Part shown: positions 61,402 to 64,000 of the stretch, in pieces
Numbering within the stretch: position 1 is the stretch's first letter
Layout of the letters: every line of letters begins with the position of its first letter
NCBI GenBank assembly: GCA_944393575.1
Contig: CALYAP010000030.1
Span: forward strand, 180-64,179
Reading direction: 5' to 3'
Length of the DNA: 64,000 nt
Origin: an uncultured Clostridia bacterium
Lineage (GTDB): Bacteria > Bacillota > Dehalobacteriia > UBA4068
Notes under the pieces: generated by a model
Seen by the model: only the letters and a program-made list of their open reading frames with translations
Told to the model about the DNA's origin: nothing
Database searches by the model: none
Translations under genes and position numbers: made by a program

Positions 61402-62064
61402 TTATTCAAAAAGGTATTCCAGCGGATTTACTTCCGTACCGTTGAGCAACAAGCTAAAGGTCAATTCGCCATCAGCTGTGGTACCGATGAGATCCCCAGT
61501 ATTGACCTGGTCGCCCACGGAGACATCAACATCTGATAAGCCCTGATAGACACTGGTAAATCCGCCGCTATGCGTTATCTCCATCACCATACCGTCGGTT
61601 CCCTCATCTAGTGAGGCAATGCTTCCGGCAGCTGCTGCCTTGACTGACTGCCCGGCATTGCCCTGGATCAGAATACCTTGTTTGGTAGCAAAGCCGCCTG
61701 CTTCTACAGCAATATCAGTGACCACTATGCCAGAGGCCGGAGCAGTAAAATCCGGCTGAGCGCTGTCATCCGAAGGAAAAACATTCTGCACAGCGGTAGC
61801 ATTAGGATCATCAAGTGGTTCGGTGGTGTCCTGTTGGCTCTCCCCGCTAAAGTCTATCCAGCTTGATGATGCCGCTACCCCTTCCCCTGCCACATAACGC
61901 GCTGAATCCCCCAAAAAATTATCAGCCTGTATCGATGCTGCTATGATCAGGAATAAGACCAAAGAAAGAGAAATCTGACCTAAAAGACGGGTCTTGATAC
62001 GATGCGCGCGTGGCTGGTCATCCATACGGCGACGACTACGAAGATAATCATTTATACTACCCAT
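61402..62064 (-). CDS. Membrane-anchored M23/LytM domain protein (SpoIIQ-like context next to spoIIID)
   Basis: N-terminal TM helix. The C-terminal domain ends GDQVNTGDLIGT....LLLNGTEVNPLEY, typical of M23 folds. Confidence 0.65.
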   Translation of the reverse strand: MGSINDYLRSRRRMDDQPRAHRIKTRLLGQISLSLVLFLIIAASIQADNFLGDSARYVAGEGVAASSSWIDFSGESQQDTTEPLDDPNATAVQNVFPSDDSAQPDFTAPASGIVVTDIAVEAGGFATKQGILIQGNAGQSVKAAAAGSIASLDEGTDGMVMEITHSGGFTSVYQGLSDVDVSVGDQVNTGDLIGTTADGELTFSLLLNGTEVNPLEYLFE

Positions 62065-62128
62065 ATCTATACCTCCCTGGAGGCTGGTTTTACGTATCTA
62101 TATGCCGCGGGACAAGTTTTTATGATAG

Positions 62129-62389
62129 CTAATCCTCTCCCCGCATTCCCAAATATTTGCGCTTGGTCGCTTCTCCTCCGCGCAAATGCCGCTCAGCCTT
62201 ATTATTATCCAAAATATGCCGTACTTTAGCGGCTACCACATCATTGAGCAACGGTAGCCGCTCGGTAACATCCTTATGTACTGTTGATTTACTAACCCCG
62301 AAAACTGAAGCAGTCTGCCTCACTGTGGCAGAACTTTCAATGATATAATTGCTGATCTCCATGACCCTTCTTTGAATGTATTCCTGCAT
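62129..62389 (-). CDS. spoIIID: Sporulation transcriptional regulator SpoIIID
   Basis: TVRQTASVFGVSKSTVHKDVTERL...HLRGGEATKRKY closely matches the SpoIIID pattern. Confidence 0.9.
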   Translation of the reverse strand: MQEYIQRRVMEISNYIIESSATVRQTASVFGVSKSTVHKDVTERLPLLNDVVAAKVRHILDNNKAERHLRGGEATKRKYLGMRGED

Positions 62390-62688
62390 ATCTCCGCCTC
62401 CCGAACAGGCTTATATGCCATAATATATGGTGCATGCGGTCAAAAAAGAACCTTCCGCATAGCAACAAGGAGTAAAGAAAAGGTGACCTATCTGACCAGA
62501 GATAAGGCTACCTAAAGCTAAGCCGATGATACTCTGCTAGGGCTAATTTATGCAGGCAAAAAGACAAATATAACCCCTGCCTTAGGATATAAAATAATCT
62601 TTTCCATCTTAAAGTGGCAGTTTTTCACCGCAAATAGATGATAAAATGGTATTGTCACCGGCATAGGCTAAACAACTTAATAACAAAG

Positions 62689-62719
62689 AAAAAGAGAACG
62701 AAATTCCGTTCTCTTTTTT
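62689..62719. terminator. Orphan symmetric terminator-like hairpin in a long intergenic region
   Basis: AAAAA GAGAACG aaattc CGTTCTC TTTTTT. Confidence 0.5.
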
Positions 62720-62877
62720 GTGCTTATGGTGATAAATATGACCCTAATTGGGGCTATTCATATTTCGACGATCCACGAGATCAAGTGCGCATTATGCAAG
62801 GGGAGTATTAAGGGAAATAAATATCTGCCACTTATTTACTAGCTGTTCCAATACAAATCCAGATAAGCGGCAACAGC

Positions 62878-62939
62878 AAGAAGCTTTCTTTATTTAATGA
62901 AGAAAGCTTCTTGACAAATAACGCCGCTCATTATATCAT
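62878..62939 (+). promoter_or_regulatory. SigmaA-type promoter whose -35 is overlapped by a perfect 13-bp inverted repeat
   Basis: AAGAAGCTTTCTT (62878-62890) and AAGAAAGCTTCTT (62900-62912). TTGACA (62911-62916), 17 nt spacer, TATCAT (62934-62939). Confidence 0.55.
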
Positions 62940-63035
62940 GTTTTATAAACCTCTCGCCAAGCTGATTTCATCAGCTGACTTTAGAGAGTATTTTTTGTTT
63001 GAGCCGGCTGTTATAGACAAAGGGAGGCGTTAATT

Positions 63036-63629
63036 TTGAAGTATTCTATCATCACTATCGGCAGAGAGTATGGCTCTGGTGGCAGGATCATTGCCAAACA
63101 AGTGGCAGAAACACTGGGAATAGCCTTTTATGATAAAGAACTGATTCATCTGGCTGCCCAAAAAACCGGGCTCTCAGAAGAATATATCTCTTCTTCAGCC
63201 ACCCATCATAAAGCCAATAAATTTTTCTATAATCTGATTTTTAGCAGTGATAATCTCCCGGTCAGCGATCAGCTATATATAGCTGAAACAGATATCATCA
63301 AAAAAGTATCCGATGATGGGCCTTGCGTGATTGTTGGCCGCTGTGCCGACTATATTCTACGAGAACGCCAAGATTGTTTGAAAATCTTTATCCATGCTCC
63401 GCTGGAAGAACGCATTGCCCGGGCCAAAAATGATTATGGCATAAGTGAAGATATCGAAAATTTTGTTCAAAAAACAGATAAAGAACGCTCTGCCCACTAT
63501 GATTACTTTACCAATCAAGAGTGGGGGAAAGCACAAAATTATCATATGACAATCAATAGTACCGTTGGTTTAGATATGGCAGTTAAACTGATTATCGCAG
63601 CTGCCACTGGTGGAGAGGTGAACAAATGA
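63036..63629 (+). CDS. Cytidylate kinase-like family protein
   Basis: IITIGREYGSGGRIIAKQVAE start. TTG start behind an AGGGAGG RBS. Confidence 0.75.
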   Translation: MKYSIITIGREYGSGGRIIAKQVAETLGIAFYDKELIHLAAQKTGLSEEYISSSATHHKANKFFYNLIFSSDNLPVSDQLYIAETDIIKKVSDDGPCVIVGRCADYILRERQDCLKIFIHAPLEERIARAKNDYGISEDIENFVQKTDKERSAHYDYFTNQEWGKAQNYHMTINSTVGLDMAVKLIIAAATGGEVNK

Positions 63630-64000
63630 GTAACGAGGTAACATCAACAGAACAGCTGGCGCCCATGCCAGAGAATAAAATGGGCGTTATGCCGGTCAAC
63701 AAACTTTTGCTTTCGATGTCCGTGCCAATGATGATCTCCATGTTAGTACAGGCACTCTATAACATCGTTGACAGTATTTTCGTGGCACAGATCAGTGAAA
63801 ATGCTTTTACCGCCCTATCTCTGGCATTCCCGGCGCAAACTTTAATGATCGCTGTTGCTACCGGTACCGGTGTTGGTATTAACGCCCTGCTATCCAAAAG
63901 TCTGGGCGAAAAAAACTTTGAACGTGCCAATAAAACCGCACGTAATGGTATCTTCCTAGCGATTTGCGGTTTTGTTGTGTTTGCTATTTTAGGTATCTTT
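63626..64000 (+). CDS. MATE family efflux transporter (N-terminal part; continues beyond the window)
   Basis: LLLSMSVPMMISMLVQALYNIVDSIFVAQ is the typical MATE N-terminus. The ATG overlaps the upstream stop (ATGA). Confidence 0.85.
   Translation, partial: MSNEVTSTEQLAPMPENKMGVMPVNKLLLSMSVPMMISMLVQALYNIVDSIFVAQISENAFTALSLAFPAQTLMIAVATGTGVGINALLSKSLGEKNFERANKTARNGIFLAICGFVVFAILGIF

Noticed and set aside
62638-62811. A 57-aa ORF (MIKWYCHRHRLNNLITKKKRTKFRSLFCAYGDKYDPNWGYSYFDDPRDQVRIMQGEY) as a real small gene.
   Set aside because: It has no RBS, and a strong terminator-like hairpin sits inside the reading frame. I keep it only as a possible remnant within the intergenic finding.

Overview
This is a 64 kb chromosomal window from a spore-forming Firmicute (Clostridia/Negativicutes-like). 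The taxon is inferred from gene content only: SpoIIID, a SpoIID-like protein, the rpsF-ssb-rpsR and yybS-rplI-dnaB blocks, and T-box leaders. Most of the window is densely packed housekeeping genes: dnaB, rplI, rpsF-ssb-rpsR, mltG, ychF, ispE, nadE, dapL-dapF, glnA, glnS, pyrG, thrC, trmB, RNase P RNA, trmK, tgt, queA, queH, ruvCAB and argG. The most unusual region is about 32.2-42.9 kb. It holds two about 2.6 kb paralogous units. Each unit has a sigmaA-type promoter, a complete T-box leader with its own terminator, and a 750-770 aa fusion protein (XRE-type HTH, cupin, then a medium-chain-type acyl-CoA synthetase). I read the specifier codons as AUC (Ile) in the first leader and GUC (Val) in the second. 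The two units flank a lipoprotein serpin. Convergent to the second unit is a four-subunit 2-oxoacid:ferredoxin oxidoreductase operon that starts with an uncharacterised P-loop NTPase. My hypothesis is that this module senses Ile and Val starvation and salvages branched short-chain fatty acids into those amino acids: acyl-CoA formation, then reductive carboxylation. Other items worth a second look:
- a NodB-type polysaccharide deacetylase that ends prematurely, with an open +1 frame running up to a large serine recombinase gene
- a Gdx/SugE exporter behind a terminator-containing leader that matches none of the guanidine riboswitch consensus sequences I can recall
- an acidic triple repeat at the N-terminus of a YybS-like protein, with gdpP absent from its usual position
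- twin 16-bp palindromes plus a Fur-like box between a DUF3793/flavodoxin pair and ferritin
- a stand-alone FakA C-terminal-like fragment
I saw no CRISPR array, tRNA or rRNA gene. All protein assignments rest on motif recognition by eye in the supplied translations. No database search was run.
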